Origin: Eledone cirrhosa
Taxonomy: Eukaryota
Reading direction: 5' to 3'
Length of the DNA stretch: 64,000 bases
Assembly (NCBI GenBank): GCA_964016885.1
Contig: OZ024743.1
Coordinates: forward strand, 201,562,001-201,626,000
How positions within the stretch are numbered: the first letter of the stretch is position 1; every line of letters begins with the position of its first letter. A program made the position numbers and the translations under genes. Shown in pieces: positions 1-12,411 of this stretch. The notes under the pieces were generated by a model. It was not told where the DNA came from, did not search any database, and saw only the letters and a program-made list of their open reading frames with translations.

Positions 1-139
1 ATATATGCAGAGGTTATATTTAATTTGTTGGGATCAACAAGCTTAAACATTTTTATAACTGATATAAAGCACTCAACAAATTAGTGGAGTAAATATTCAA
101 TATATTAATAAATGGAAACTATATTTATAAAACCATAAT

Positions 140-205
140 TATTTTATTATATATATTTCAAGGGCAACCGAGGCGAATTTTGGTGCACTTTCATCAGATA
201 AAATA
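140..205 (-). ncRNA. Minimal type-I hammerhead ribozyme (H1, minus copy)
   Basis: Reverse complement reads TATTTTAT-CTGATGA-aagtgcaccaa...tcggttgccctt-GAAA-TATATA-TA-ATAAAATA: 8-bp stem I, full catalytic core, palindromic mini stem III. Confidence 0.8.
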
Positions 206-286
206 CAAATTTGTTTTATATCCAGCGAACCTCAATCGTTAAGGTTGTCTTTTTGCGGGTATGTCAATATTTATAAAACAAATTTG

Positions 287-352
287 TATTTTATCTGATG
301 AAAGCGCACCAAAATTCGCCTTGGTTGCTCTTGAAATATATATAATAAAATA
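287..352 (+). ncRNA. Minimal type-I hammerhead ribozyme (H1, plus copy)
   Basis: TATTTTAT(287-294) CTGATGA(295-301), stem II aag-gca-ccaa/ttgg-tgc-ctt, GAAA(333-336) TATATA TA| ATAAAATA(345-352). Predicted cleavage after 344 (AUA). Confidence 0.85.
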
Positions 353-412
353 ATTATGGTTTTATAAATATAGTTTCCATTTATTAATATATTGAATATA
401 TATATATATATA

Positions 413-622
413 TGGCTGATTGGTTAGAGAACTGGATTCGCAATCAAGAGGTTGTCAGTTCGATTCCTGGACTCGGTGATGCGTTATGTCCTTGAGCAAG
501 ACACTTTATTTCATGTTGTTCCTTCTACCTGGAGTTGCGACCGATAGATAGTATTAGCAATTGGAAAGACTAATGGAAGCATTGTTTCCTCGGTCCGATT
601 TGATGTAAGTCGATCGAGAAAT
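413..622 (+). mobile_element. tRNA-derived SINE with CORE-like segment (family C)
   Basis: A-box-like TGGCTGATTGGTTAG, B-box GTTCGATTCC, core TCCTTGAGCAAGACACTTTATTTCA. Second copy on the minus strand at ~48175-48390. Confidence 0.75.
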
Positions 623-971
623 TTTTTAATTTAATTTTTATATATATACAGGACGAGAGAGTTATAGACACAGATGCATAGATAAATAGAGATAGATAGA
701 TACACACACATGCATATATATGCATACACACACATGCATATATATATATGCATACACACACAAATATATAGGTGTCTATGTAAATATGTATAATTGAATG
801 AAACTGTGAATGGTGGCAGATAGAAACCAAAACTGTTGATGGTAAAGTATTTTCTCAAACATAGACATTGTCAGAGGAAGAATTTACCTTCACTTTATAT
901 GATGGAGTAGGTGTAATGATAGTGGAAACTGTTTAACCATTATTGAGTGTATGACAGTTGGGTGGGAGCCT

Positions 972-978
972 ATATCTG

Positions 979-1035
<57 letters not shown>

Positions 1036-1115
1036 TTATATCTATCTATCTCTCTCTCTCTATATATATATATATGTGTGTGTGTATGTGTGTATATATA
1101 TATATACATACATAT

Positions 1116-1190
<75 letters not shown>

Positions 1191-1241
1191 GTATATACAT
1201 ATATATATATGTATGCAAGTATATGTATGTATATACATATA

Positions 1242-1290
<49 letters not shown>

Positions 1291-1368
1291 GTATATACAT
1301 ACATATACATACACATATATATATATACATATACATATACATACACAAGCACACACACGCACACACAC

Positions 1369-1418
<50 letters not shown>
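972..1418. repeat. Compound microsatellite (TATC)n-(TA)n-(CA)n
   Basis: Directly visible; accounts for the overlapping spurious ORFs. Confidence 0.95.
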
Positions 1419-2077
1419 GCTACTACGATGATTAATTTGTGACAAAGAAAGAGAAGGGTTGAGATCTGAGTTTAGTGTTTGAATGAAAATAAACAAAGTT
1501 ATAGCAACAATGTTTGAATATATATTGAAAATCAGAAAGGACTCTTTTGTGTGAACTTATTTGTGCATACTTTAAAGCAGATTTGTTTTTTCAGATGTGG
1601 GGTTGGGGGAGGTGGGGAGAGATAAACTGTTGATGAAATCTCAAAGACAAGTTTAGATAGTCTGTTAAATGTTCGCCATGACTTTTGCTAATCACTAAAC
1701 ATTAGATGGTGTCAGAGAGAAAATTTAAAAGCTTGTGCAGTCCATGACAGAAATTATTCCAATGTCAATTAAAAACTGCACAAAAACCGGTAAAGTTCTC
1801 CATCAATAAATCTTCCTTTCCTTCTATTTCTCTCTCCCTCTTCTTCATCTATTTATTTATTTATTTCATTTTCTTTCTGATGAAAATGGTTGGTTCTTAA
1901 CACTTTTATATAAGAGAAGCATTTTATCTGGCATGAGAATATGTCCAACTTTTGCAGGGTGAACAATTAGCAGACTAATTGATAAAGAGCTTTATTGATA
2001 AGTTGGAAAATTGTCACCACTTAGCTTTCCAGCAGAGATGACAGATTTTAAAAGACTAAATAAATTTAGATAGTAGT

Positions 2078-2499
2078 TGTTTGGTTGGTTAGTTAGGTGG
2101 CTGGCTGGTTGACTGGCTGGCTGGTTGGTGGTTGACTGGTTGACTGGCTGGCTGGTTGATGGTTGACTGGTTGACTGGCTGGCTGGTTGACTGGTTGACT
2201 GGCTGGTTGACTGGCTGACTGGCTGACTGGCTGGTTGACTGGCTGTTTGGCTGACTGGTTGACTGGCTGGTTGGCTGACTGGCTGACTGGCTGGTTGACT
2301 GGCTGACTGGTTGACTGGCTGGTTGGCTGGTTGGCTGGATATTTGACTGGTTGGCTGGTTAACTGGCTGGTTGACTGACTGGTTGACTGGCTGGCTGGCT
2401 GACTGGCTGGTTGACTGGCTGTTTGGCTGACTGGTTGACTGGATGTTTGACTGGTAAGCTGGCTGGCTGGTTGACTGGTTGGCTGGTTGACTGACTGGT

Positions 2500-2530
<31 letters not shown>

Positions 2531-2538
2531 TTGACTGG
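2078..2538. repeat. Degenerate tetranucleotide satellite (GGCT/GACT/GGTT)n
   Basis: About 460 bp of mixed GGCT/GACT/GGTT units; source of the QPAS-repeat ORFs. Confidence 0.95.
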
Positions 2539-2584
2539 TAGTGGTGGGTGTAATGAAAGATGAATGAGTAGTTGTAGAAGTAGT

Positions 2585-3756
2585 AGTCATCATCCGATGG
2601 CCTCAGCCGAAATGGACTCAACAATTGATCTGCACGTGGGTCTGTCGTTCACTGCCGTTGCCAAGTCTTGGATTTCAATACCAGAATCTCTGGAGATGAC
2701 AGCAGGGTAGCAGAGTTTGTGCCCCTGTTATTAGTGACTGCTTGTGGTTTCCAAAGCAATGATGGGGACACAGCCTCATAGGTGGCACAATGGCAGTGGT
2801 CAGCTAATCTTACTCTCCTCTTAGATACAACGACAGATATGCATGGGAGGCCGGCATATATCTCTCTCAAAGGCAGATGTCCCCAGCTCATGTTCTGAAT
2901 GCGTTGAAGCAGGCGAGTGTAAGTACCATCAAGGTGATTTTGTTGTTTGGATGAAAGTGTCCATGGTTCACTTCCATATAGCAAGATTGGTTGAATTGTT
3001 ACTTGGAAGAGTCTGATCTTGATGTGGTTAGAAGAATTTGAGCACCAAACTCAATCCATCTTGTTGCAAGCTGACCATGCTTGGGCCTTTCTGGTGGCGA
3101 AATCCTTCTCAGAGTCTATGATGCAGGACCCAAGATATTTGAAATACTTGACTTTCTTGATATCACTGCCGTTGATTGCTTTGATGCTGTTGCCTGTACA
3201 GTTTGATATGTACTCTGTTTTACCCTCATTGAGATGAAGGCCAATGAGAGCAGCTGCTTTCTGGAGAGATGTCAAAAGTTGTTGCGCATTTTCTAGGCAA
3301 TCTGCAAGAAGTGCAATGTCATCCGCAAAGTCAAGGTCAGTGAGATGTTTAGAGGGGTGCCTAGAGCTCACACAGGGTTTGAGGGTTATACCTTTATTGA
3401 TTTTGTCAATTGAGAGTCTCAGGGTGTAGACTAGTGCAATAATAAAGAGAAATGGGGCAAGAGTGTCACCCTGCAGCACTTTTGCTGAGATGTCAAAGAA
3501 CTCTGTTGGGCCACCAAGAGTGATGATAGTGGCACCTGTATTGAGATACAGAGCCTTAATTGCTTCCAAAAGCCTTGCTGGGATGCATATACAAGGGTAG
3601 AATTTCAAACAGAATGTCTCCGTTTATGCTGTCAAAAGCTTTTCTAAAGTCAACAAAAACTAGAGCCATTTGTCTATTGGAGTTTCTCATCTCCTCCACT
3701 ATTCTCCTCAAGGCCCAAATCTGTGCAAATGTAGATTTACCATGCCTGAAACCGTT
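2585..3756 (-). mobile_element. RTE-clade LINE, 5'-truncated and frameshifted (RT plus C-terminus)
   Basis: Motifs NGFRHGKST, FVDFRKAFDSI, VLQGDTLAPFLF, LDFADDIALL, FKYLGS, LYGSEPWTL across frames. Flanked by (AGT)n. Confidence 0.9.
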
Positions 3757-3825
<69 letters not shown>

Positions 3826-4440
3826 AATTAGTATTAGTAGTAGTAAAATGGACAGATAATATTTGTAGTGGGATTAGGGTTTAGAAAGATGTATAGTTAA
3901 TGCTGTAGGCATAACAATGATAGCTATGATGATAATGATGATGATGATGATGATGATGATGACAATGATTATGATGGTAGCAATATGATAATGATGATAA
4001 TGATGGTGATGATGATGATAAAGATGACAATGATGATGATGATAATGATAATGGTGATAACAGTGATGAAGTTGATAAAGGTGATGACCAAAAAAGTAAT
4101 GATGATGATGGTGATGATTATAAGGATGATGGTGATGATTACAAGGATGATGGTAATGGTGGTACTGATGATGAAGATAATGATAGCAATCAAAATGGTG
4201 ATAAGGAAGACAGTGATGAAAGCAAAGAAAGCAATGATTGTGATGATAATAATGGTGTTAATATTGGTAATAAAGATATTAACAATGATAATAACAATGA
4301 GGATGAAGAGAATGGATGGATGAGATGACAATAAAAGATGAGTTAATGAAGATGATGATGGTGATGAGATTAACAATGACTATCAAAATGATGTTGATCA
4401 TAAAGATGAAAAAGGCAATGTTGATAAGGATATCATCATC
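3757..4440. repeat. (TAG)n tract followed by a long degenerate (ATG)n tract
   Basis: Directly visible trinucleotide repeats; source of the Met/Ile-rich ORFs. Confidence 0.9.
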
Positions 4441-4788
4441 ATCACCAACATCATCATTTTACGCCCGCTTTTCCCTGCTTGCAAGGGTGGGACGGGTCCT
4501 ATTCAGCACAGCATCTCTCCACTTGTCACGGTCCTTCATCATCTCCTCGGTGTCTTTCAGCGATCTCAGGTCTGCTCTCACCACCTCCGCCCATGTTTTT
4601 CGTGGTCTACCTCTACTGTGTCTTCCTTCTACTGGGATTTCTTGGCACTTCTTTACCCAGTGGATCCTTGCGTATCACATCTCCATACCATCTCAGTCTT
4701 CTCTCTTCTCTCCTACACACCACAACTTATCCCTCTTATACCCAGTTTCTTTCTCAACTCGTCTATGCTTGGTCATTCACGCACATTG
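4432..4788 (-). mobile_element. RTE LINE 3' fragment (subfamily whose tail is shared with SINE family A)
   Basis: Ends CCCACCCTTGCAAGCAGGGAAAAGCGGGCGTAAAATGATGATG on minus. Homologous to 47172-47625. Confidence 0.75.
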
Positions 4789-6284
4789 GCATAATAATTG
4801 TTTCTGATTTTGGTACAATGCCCTCAGCTTTAGGGGAGAGGAAAGTCGATTAAATCGACGCCAGTGCATTACTGGTGCTTTATTTCATCAACCCCGTGAG
4901 GATGAAAGGCAAAGCTAACCATGGCAGGATTTGAACTCAGATTGTAAAGGGCCGTAACTCTATGCTGCAAAGTATGTTGTCTGACTCTCTACCAATTCTG
5001 CCAATCCAGATAATAATGCTGATGAGGAAGATGATGACAATGAAAGTGAATTCTGCTGCTGAAGAGGATGAAAGTAAATGATGATGATGATGATGAGAAT
5101 AATGATTGCAATTGTTACTGATTTTAGTATGATTATATCATCATCCATGTTAGCATGGAAAATAGATGTTAAACGATGATGATGATGAGGAAATAATGCT
5201 TACAGCATTAAACATATATTTTCTTTCTAAACACTAATCCCACTACAAATATTACCTTGATGGGCATGTAGCAATCTCTATTGTGCAGACTTCACAATAA
5301 AACATATCATGTACACCCTTTAAAGGTGCTCGTGTTGGTGTTATGAAAACATGCACCAAGTACATTCTATAAACTGGTAGTGGTGTTGCCTTGAAAAAAT
5401 GCACCCAGCACACACTTTAAGGTGGTCAGCATTAGGAAGAGCATCCAATCATAAAAAAACATGCAAAATATGGAACATATGCACAAGATAGGTTGTTCCG
5501 ACCCATCTGTTCCTGAATCATGGCAATCTATCCAACCTATGCTAACATGAAAATGGAAAGAAAATTAAAGTTATATCCCTCTACGCTCTGAGTTCAAATC
5601 CTGCTGAGGTTAGTAGTAGATAAAATAAAGTCAATTAAATTGAATCCATTAATGCATTGGGTTCAATTTAATCGACTTTCCCTTCTTCCCAAATTTTTGG
5701 TTTTCTGCCTAAATCAGAAACCATTGTTATTATCATTGTTATGTGAAACTTTCTTTGACTTCTACTTCTTTCCAAAATCTTGCTGAGTGTCAACCTGACA
5801 CTTGAGGCAAAATTTGATATTACACATTTAACAACCAATTCTCATACAAATGATGACACAAGTGTATAAACAACTGTATATGTCTTTGCAAGGTATTTGA
5901 ATTGATAACGCCCTTCTCATGAACGGTGCCAGTAAACACTATTTTATGTATCTCTTGCAAAGATGGCTTTCCAGGTATCCGGTCCAAATATTTTTCAGTA
6001 CCCTTTCTATCATTCGAAGTTCACTGGCTATCAATGGTACAGGCTTTAAGATGCCACATTTTCTCAATTTTAATTATCATATCTTTATTCTTACTGAGCT
6101 TTCGGAACTCTTTGCAGGAGATGTTACGATCTGATGGAATGTGCGTGTCAATTAAGAAGCATGTTTTCTATTTATGATCCTTCACAATTATATCAGGTCT
6201 ATTGGCCTTGATTGTTCTGTTGATATTCAAAGAAAATCCCATGGGATTGTCAAATTCTTACCTCATTATTATTATATATACTGG

Positions 6285-6475
6285 CATTGTGGATTGGCAG
6301 TATCGGTAGAGGGTCAGACGCCATGCTTTGCAGCATAGAGTTACGGCCCTTGCCATTCTGAGTTCAAATCCCGCCGAGGTTAACTTTGACTTTCATCCTT
6401 ACGGGATCGATAAAATAAAGTACCAGTAATACACTGGTGTAATAGCTGGCCTTGTGCCAAAAGTAGAAACAATTA
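6285..6475 (+). mobile_element. tRNA-derived SINE family B (Meta/MESC-like core)
   Basis: Head GGATTGGCAGTATCGGTAG, B-box GAGTTCAAATCC, core CTTTCATCCTTACGGGATCGATAAAATAAAGTACCAG, tail AGAAACAATT. Degenerate copies at ~4797-5000(-), 5580-5730(+), 15240-15385(+), 43350-43525(+), 51720-51870(+), 56135-56210(+), 58150-58300(-). Core class assigned from recall. Confidence 0.8.
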
Positions 6476-6697
6476 TATATACTTTTATTCTTTGTGAGGG
6501 CTTAGCAGCTGGTTAGGGTGTTTTATACATAATAATAAGAGCATGAGTTTGATTCCTGGCAACATGTTGTCCTTGAGCATGATTTTTAATTTTACATTAC
6601 TCCTGTCTATTTAGCTGACAAAACAGAGTCATACCTGGAATTCAAAGGACCAGCCTTGTTGTACACTGCACCCACTGAAGTTCTCTGAGAACTACAT

Positions 6698-6885
6698 TAA
6701 TTGTTTCTACTTTAGGCACAAGGCCAGCAATTACCCAGTGCATTACTGGTACTTTATTTTATCGACCCCGTAAGGATGAAAGGCAAAGTCAACCTCGGCG
6801 GGATTTGAACTCAGATCGTAAAGGGACGTAACTATGCTGGAAAGCATGGCGTCTGACCCTCTACCGATACTGCCAATCCACCACC
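6698..6885 (-). mobile_element. SINE family B
   Basis: Reverse complement of the 6285-6475 type; near-identical to 51487-51673. Confidence 0.85.
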
Positions 6886-7039
6886 CTCTGAGAACTACAT
6901 TAATGGTATATATATATGTTTGTAGAATGCTCAGCCACTTGGATATTAATTTTGCTAGTTGGATTCTCCATTGATCAATCAACTATGACACACATCTTTT
7001 GAGGTTCAATACATATGCACACATTCACACAAACACACA

Positions 7040-7100
<61 letters not shown>

Positions 7101-7317
7101 ACGCACACTTCATTCTTTTACATATTTACCGTTTTCAATCACAGAAATGCAGTCATATTTGTTTATCCATTTTAAGAGCTTTTTGTTGATCATCACAAAG
7201 CTTGTGTTATTTTTGAGATCTTTATTTATCCAATTGCTAATTTAAGGCTTTGACATAAAGGGACATAACTCAACTCCATTTGTTTGACACTGTTGAATAT
7301 AAACGCATACACATGTC

Positions 7318-7355
<38 letters not shown>

Positions 7356-7626
7356 CACACATATATAATTAAAAGCAAAGGAACAAAATTAAATTAAATT
7401 CTAGGATTGATATGATTCCTTAAATCATTGAACACAGTGCCCCAGCATGGCCACACTTCAATAACATAGACCAGTAAAGAGATTGAAAGATTATATATAT
7501 AAGTATGTAATATATATACATATATATAAGTATAGTCTTTGTGTGGTTTTGATTTTTTTTGTAGTGTGTGTATCAGGGCAAGGAAAGAAGAATAAGCTAT
7601 AGAGGTATCTGAGAGGGAAAAGCAAG

Positions 7627-7658
<32 letters not shown>

Positions 7659-7678
7659 CCATCACCACCACCACCACC

Positions 7679-7749
<71 letters not shown>

Positions 7750-7791
7750 TTAAGGTCCATTTTCCATGCTAGCGTTGGTTAGATGAATATA

Positions 7792-7966
7792 TAATTGTTT
7801 CTACTTTTGGCACAAGGCCAGCAACTATCCCAGTGTATTACTGGTACTTTATTTTATCCACCCCCGTAAGGATGAAAGGCAAAGTTAACCTCGGCAGGAT
7901 TTGAACTCAGACCATAAAGGGCTGTAATTCTTTGCTGCAAAGCATGGCATCCGACCCTCTACCGAT
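7792..7966 (-). mobile_element. SINE family B
   Basis: Same core and tail on the minus strand; another copy at ~29985-30166(-). Confidence 0.8.
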
Positions 7967-8122
7967 TAGATGAATATATAATAAAACAAAATAAATGAGA
8001 TAAACTCATCTAAAAACAGTATATATTTTGTGTTTTACTGTTCATTTATGTAAAGGTAAAGGTGTAGAAAGATAAGTGTGTGAGAGTTAATGTTAGAATT
8101 AAAGTTAGGGTAAGGATCAGGA

Positions 8123-8665
8123 TTAACCCTTTAACATTTACATTATTCTATATCAGGCATGGACAACCTTTTTCGAGAAGTGGGCTGCCTGAGATATGGC
8201 TCATCATCAGGTGGACTGCAAGCACTAATTTACATCTGTGCTCACATAAAAAAAAAGGGCAGTAACTCGGGTTGTTTTTATTTGTTTCTTCAGAATTCGA
8301 ACACGTTTTCCTCGATCGTCAAAATGATAGAAAAATAAATTATGACTGAAAAGTCGGGGTAAAAAAATCAGAAAGATTTCACTTAGGTAACTTAAACAAA
8401 CCATTCAGAAAGATTTTGGGGCTGCATGTGGCCCACGGGCCATAGGTCTCCCAGGACTGCTCTATATTTACTATTGTATTTTCACGGTAAAGGCTTTACC
8501 TCACATAATTATCTCACATAATATCGAATCTATGAGATTTCAATATTATTTATTTTGAGAAAAATGCCTCAATATAAATATGAACAGCCGGTTATGACCA
8601 GTTTGAACAGAAAGAGGTGAGAGAATTCTGGGTGGATACGGCCGGTTTAAATGCTAAAGTGTTAA
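8123..8665. mobile_element. piggyBac-like MITE (TTAA-flanked), interrupted by a hAT MITE
   Basis: TTAA-CCCTTTAACATTTA...TAAATGCTAAAGTG-TTAA. Internal sequence shared with copies at 44802, 48807, 49868, 56602 and 63303. Confidence 0.75.
8154..8459. mobile_element. hAT (Charlie-like) MITE
   Basis: Imperfect TIRs CAGGCATGGACAACC / GGTCTCCCAGGACTG, 8-bp TSD TTCTATAT/CTCTATAT, subterminal GGCCCACGGGCC motif. Confidence 0.7.
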
Positions 8666-8894
8666 TGTTAGTATATTTACCGTGAATGTATACTGTTTTT
8701 TAACAAGTTTTATCCTGTTTATTGTATTTTATTATATTCTAGCTTCTTGCTACCTTGTCCTGAACTTTACACATTACCTGCACACACCACTATACTTACA
8801 AATATGTTGCTTGAGATACACCAATGTATTACTTATATATAACATATATAATCATAGAAAGACAAACACACAAACAGGCATGTGTGTGTGTATG

Positions 8895-9298
8895 AGTGTA
8901 CATGAATGAAAATCTGTATTTATGCATGTGCATATGTATGTGTTTGTGCATGTATGAGTGTGTATGTGTGTGAATGAAAATCTGTATTTAGGCATGTGCA
9001 TATGTATGTGTTTGTGCATATATGAGTGTGTATGTGTGTGAATGAAAATCTGTATTTAGGCATGTGCATATGTATGTGTTTATGCATGTATGAGTGTGTA
9101 TGTGTGTGAATGAAAATCTGTATTTAGGCATGTGCATATGTATGTGTTTGTGCTTGTATGTGTTTGTATGTGTGTGTGTGAATGGAAATCTGTGTTTAGG
9201 CATGTGCATATGTATGTGTTTGTGCATATATGAGTATGTATGTGTGTGAATGAAAATCTGTATTTAGGCATGTGCATATGTATGTGTTTGTGCATGTA

Positions 9299-9300
<2 letters not shown>
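8895..9300. repeat. 68-bp minisatellite, ~6 copies
   Basis: GAATG(A/G)AAATCTGT recurs at 8904, 8972, 9040, 9108, 9180 and 9248. Confidence 0.9.
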
Positions 9301-9352
<52 letters not shown>

Positions 9353-10635
9353 TGTGTGTATGTGTTGCTGAGTATATTTGTAGGCATGCATGTGTGTATG
9401 TGTGTGTGTAAAAGATGTAAAACATATGGCTATACACCTGATATCAGCTTCAAACCAATATATCTGTTGCTTTCGATATTGCTTCTATATAATGTAACAG
9501 ACACACAGACACACTGGAAGATTCTAATGGAAGATAAATAGATGTAGTGCATTACTGACAGTGTAAACCAGTGTGCTGCTTGGATCTATAGCTGTCTTCT
9601 AGATAGCTGCAGGCATCACTGTGTGATTAAAAGTTTGTTTCTCAACCACATGGTTCTGGGTTCAGTCCCGCATGGCACCTTGGGCATGTGTCTTTTACTA
9701 TAACCATCAGAAGATAAATTCCTTGTGAGTGGTATTCAGTAAACAGAAACTGTAGAAACCTGTCATATATATATATTTATCTTATAAAGTGTTGTGGCAC
9801 CGACCTCTCAGATCTTGCTGTTTTAACAGTTAGTTCCATATATATATATATATATATATATATGTCAGGTCGCTCTCAAGTGCTACTGGTAACATGTAAC
9901 CCAGTACAATCTGTCTCATGGTCGGGTCGTCGGCAATTAAACTAGCAACCCCACCAAGATTGCTTGGTGAGGAGGGTGATATTTGGACACCCTGCAGGAT
10001 GAAATACAAGACCCGGTAAAGGATTGCGGAACTCAGCAGAGTCAACAGCCATCAAAATAGCATTTTTTTGCTTTTTTTTTATATGGAGAGGTTAAACTCC
10101 GAGGCGTAAAAAGCTGAGGGCTGTCGTATTTTCCATGGAAACATTTGCACCAAAGATATGTGTGGTCAGTTCCAAAAAGTGTGGTTGGTCCTACACAAGC
10201 CTTCACCACTTAAAACAAAACTTTGTGTAGGTAGTTCAACATCACTTTCTCACATCAAGTTTTGTTGGACACTCATACATCGGATATTGACGGGAGAGTC
10301 CATCATATATATCCATGGGTACAAGGCAAAACTGAAGGATATAGAAAATATGCCCCCACTCCCTCCCACTGCAAAGTCGTCGTGGAGGTGCCACGGCAAA
10401 AATGCACCCAGCCCACGCTGTAAAGTGGTCGTGTAGGCACCATGGAAAAAAGCACCCAGCACTCACTGTAAATGAGGTTGGTGTTTGGAAGGATCCAGCT
10501 GTAGAAATCAAGCCAAAATCAGTTCCTGTATGAGCAAGACAAGGTCAGCCAACCAGGCTCTGCCCACAACAGGACAACTCGTCTAACCCATGCTAGTGTG
10601 GAAGAATGGACGTAAAACGGTGATGATGATGATGA

Positions 10636-10687
<52 letters not shown>

Positions 10688-10805
10688 AAACGAAAAATCA
10701 GTGATGCATCTGAACTTAATTTATCATACGCTGCTCTGTAAGAACATAGATTGCTCAACCGGCATACCGCCTATGGAAGCATCTTAGCTACCATCAGACA
10801 CACAC

Positions 10806-10840
<35 letters not shown>

Positions 10841-10842
10841 AA

Positions 10843-10970
10843 TGGTTACACAACAGTTAGTTCACCATACCGAGAACAATTGTTTCACCTTAGCGGATCC
10901 TCAGCTCATAATGGATCCGCTAAGGTGAAACAATTGTTCTCGGTATGGTGAACTAGCTGTTGTGTAACCA
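10843..10970. mobile_element. Foldback element, 58-bp arms, hammerhead family H2
   Basis: Arms 10843-10900 and 10913-10970, 12-nt spacer, set between (GA)n/(TA)n tracts. Confidence 0.7.
10871..10908 (-). ncRNA. Putative minimal type-I hammerhead (H2)
   Basis: Minus strand reads TGAG-CTGAGGA-tcc gctaa ggt-GAAA-CAATTG-TT-CTCG. Palindromic stem III ACAATTGT; stem II only ~2 bp. Confidence 0.55.
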
Positions 10971-11037
10971 CTTCTACCTAACTTGTCCCATGGACTGAGT
11001 GCTCTACCACCACGGATATTACCTTCCAGTATTCTAC

Positions 11038-11108
<71 letters not shown>

Positions 11109-11166
11109 TATAGTGTATGTGATGTACCAAACCACTGCAAATCATGCAGAACAGGCCGATACACAA

Positions 11167-11512
11167 TCATTTCATTTTCATCATTTCATTTTACGTCCGC
11201 TTTTCCCTGCTTGCAAGGGTGGGACAGGAACTGATTCTGGCTTGATTTCTACAGGTGGATGCCCTTCCTAACACCAACCTCATTTACAGTGAGTGCTGGG
11301 TGCTTTTTATCCGTGGCGCCTACACGTCCACTTTGGTTGTGGAATGATAGGGAATCCAGTCCTATCATCTCATTTCTACAGCTGAGTAAACTGGAGCAAT
11401 GTGAAATAAAGTGTCTTGCTCAAGGAAACAACACATCACCCGGTCTGAGAATTGAACTCACAACCTTTCGATTGCAAGGCCAATGCTCTAACCACTAAGC
11501 CATGTGCCTCCA
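11167..11512 (-). mobile_element. tRNA-derived CORE-like SINE family A with RTE-type tail
   Basis: Head GGAGGCACATGGCTTAGTGGTTAG, B-box GAGTTCAATTC, core CCTTGAGCAAGACACTTTATTTCACATTGCTCCAG, tail ...CGGACGTAAAATGA. Confidence 0.9.
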
Positions 11513-11596
11513 TATAAAACTAAATACATGTAAAGGAAACTTCATAATTTTTATTAATATATATACAAATATATATATATATATGTGTATATATAT

Positions 11597-11641
<45 letters not shown>

Positions 11642-12411
11642 CACACACACACATATATATATATATATGAATGTAACGTTTTTTAATCCCCACATTTAGG
11701 ACATTTATAATCCTTTCCTTTACTTTTCTATACAGACAAATCTGCCCTTCTTTAACTCTTCCTCCATTTTTCATTACTTGATTTTGTTTTTATCTTCTTT
11801 TTATACTATGGGCTGCCTCTCCTATGTATGCCGTCTTGTTCCACCATTGCCCCTTTGTACATCGTATCTTATAGACTACATTGCTAGTTTTGCAGTTTAT
11901 CAGTTGGCCTGTATTGTTATTTATTAATGTTAATGTTATTTCTATGTAAAACCCTTGCCGTCACGTCTTGTAATGTCCCATTTTTGTACGCCCCTGTGGA
12001 ATGATAAAGAAAGATATCTATCAGCACAGGGTATTTTCCTAATGGGGTATGTCCTACTGATCGAGTCTCTTTAAACCTCCTTGAGATTTTCAAATTTTGT
12101 GGCATATGTAACACTGATATGAGTTAACTGGTATGTATATTCTATAGTCAGTTGCAAGTGCCTATTGTGTACACCTATGTGAGATTGAAATCCATGCTCA
12201 GACAGGCAGATTTTCCCTCAACTGTACAAGTAGAAAAATTTCCATTAATTTCAAATTCCCTTAGTAGCTGTTTTTTTTTTTTCTTGCTTATATTCAACTT
12301 AATATTTACTTGCCTGTTTTGCTGAACGGTTTTGACATCATACCATATTCTTTTAATGCTAGGTAGAGTGATCCACTGCAAAACTTTCCTACATTCTTCT
12401 AGTTCTCTTTG

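Larger units (their letters stand above)
1..399. mobile_element. Hammerhead-bearing foldback element (Penelope-pLTR/retrozyme-like), family H1
   Basis: 128-bp inverted arms at 93-220 and 272-399 with a 51-bp spacer. Ends abut (TA)n. Homologous by eye to the single-orientation copy at ~34990-35238. Confidence 0.75.

Noticed and set aside
947-1496. Long YI/HT/CV-repeat ORFs here and throughout the window
   Set aside because: Translations of (TA)n, (CA)n and (TATC)n microsatellites; not genes.
1992-2624. 210-aa QPAS-repeat ORF resembling a mucin-like protein
   Set aside because: Stop-free reading of a tetranucleotide satellite with no unique domain.
3969-4807. Hydrophobic Ile/Met-rich ORFs resembling membrane proteins
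   Set aside because: Degenerate (ATG)n tract plus antisense RTE sequence.
8895-9300. CRISPR-like array
   Set aside because: Spacers are near-identical TG-rich repeats, there are no cas genes, and the context is eukaryotic.
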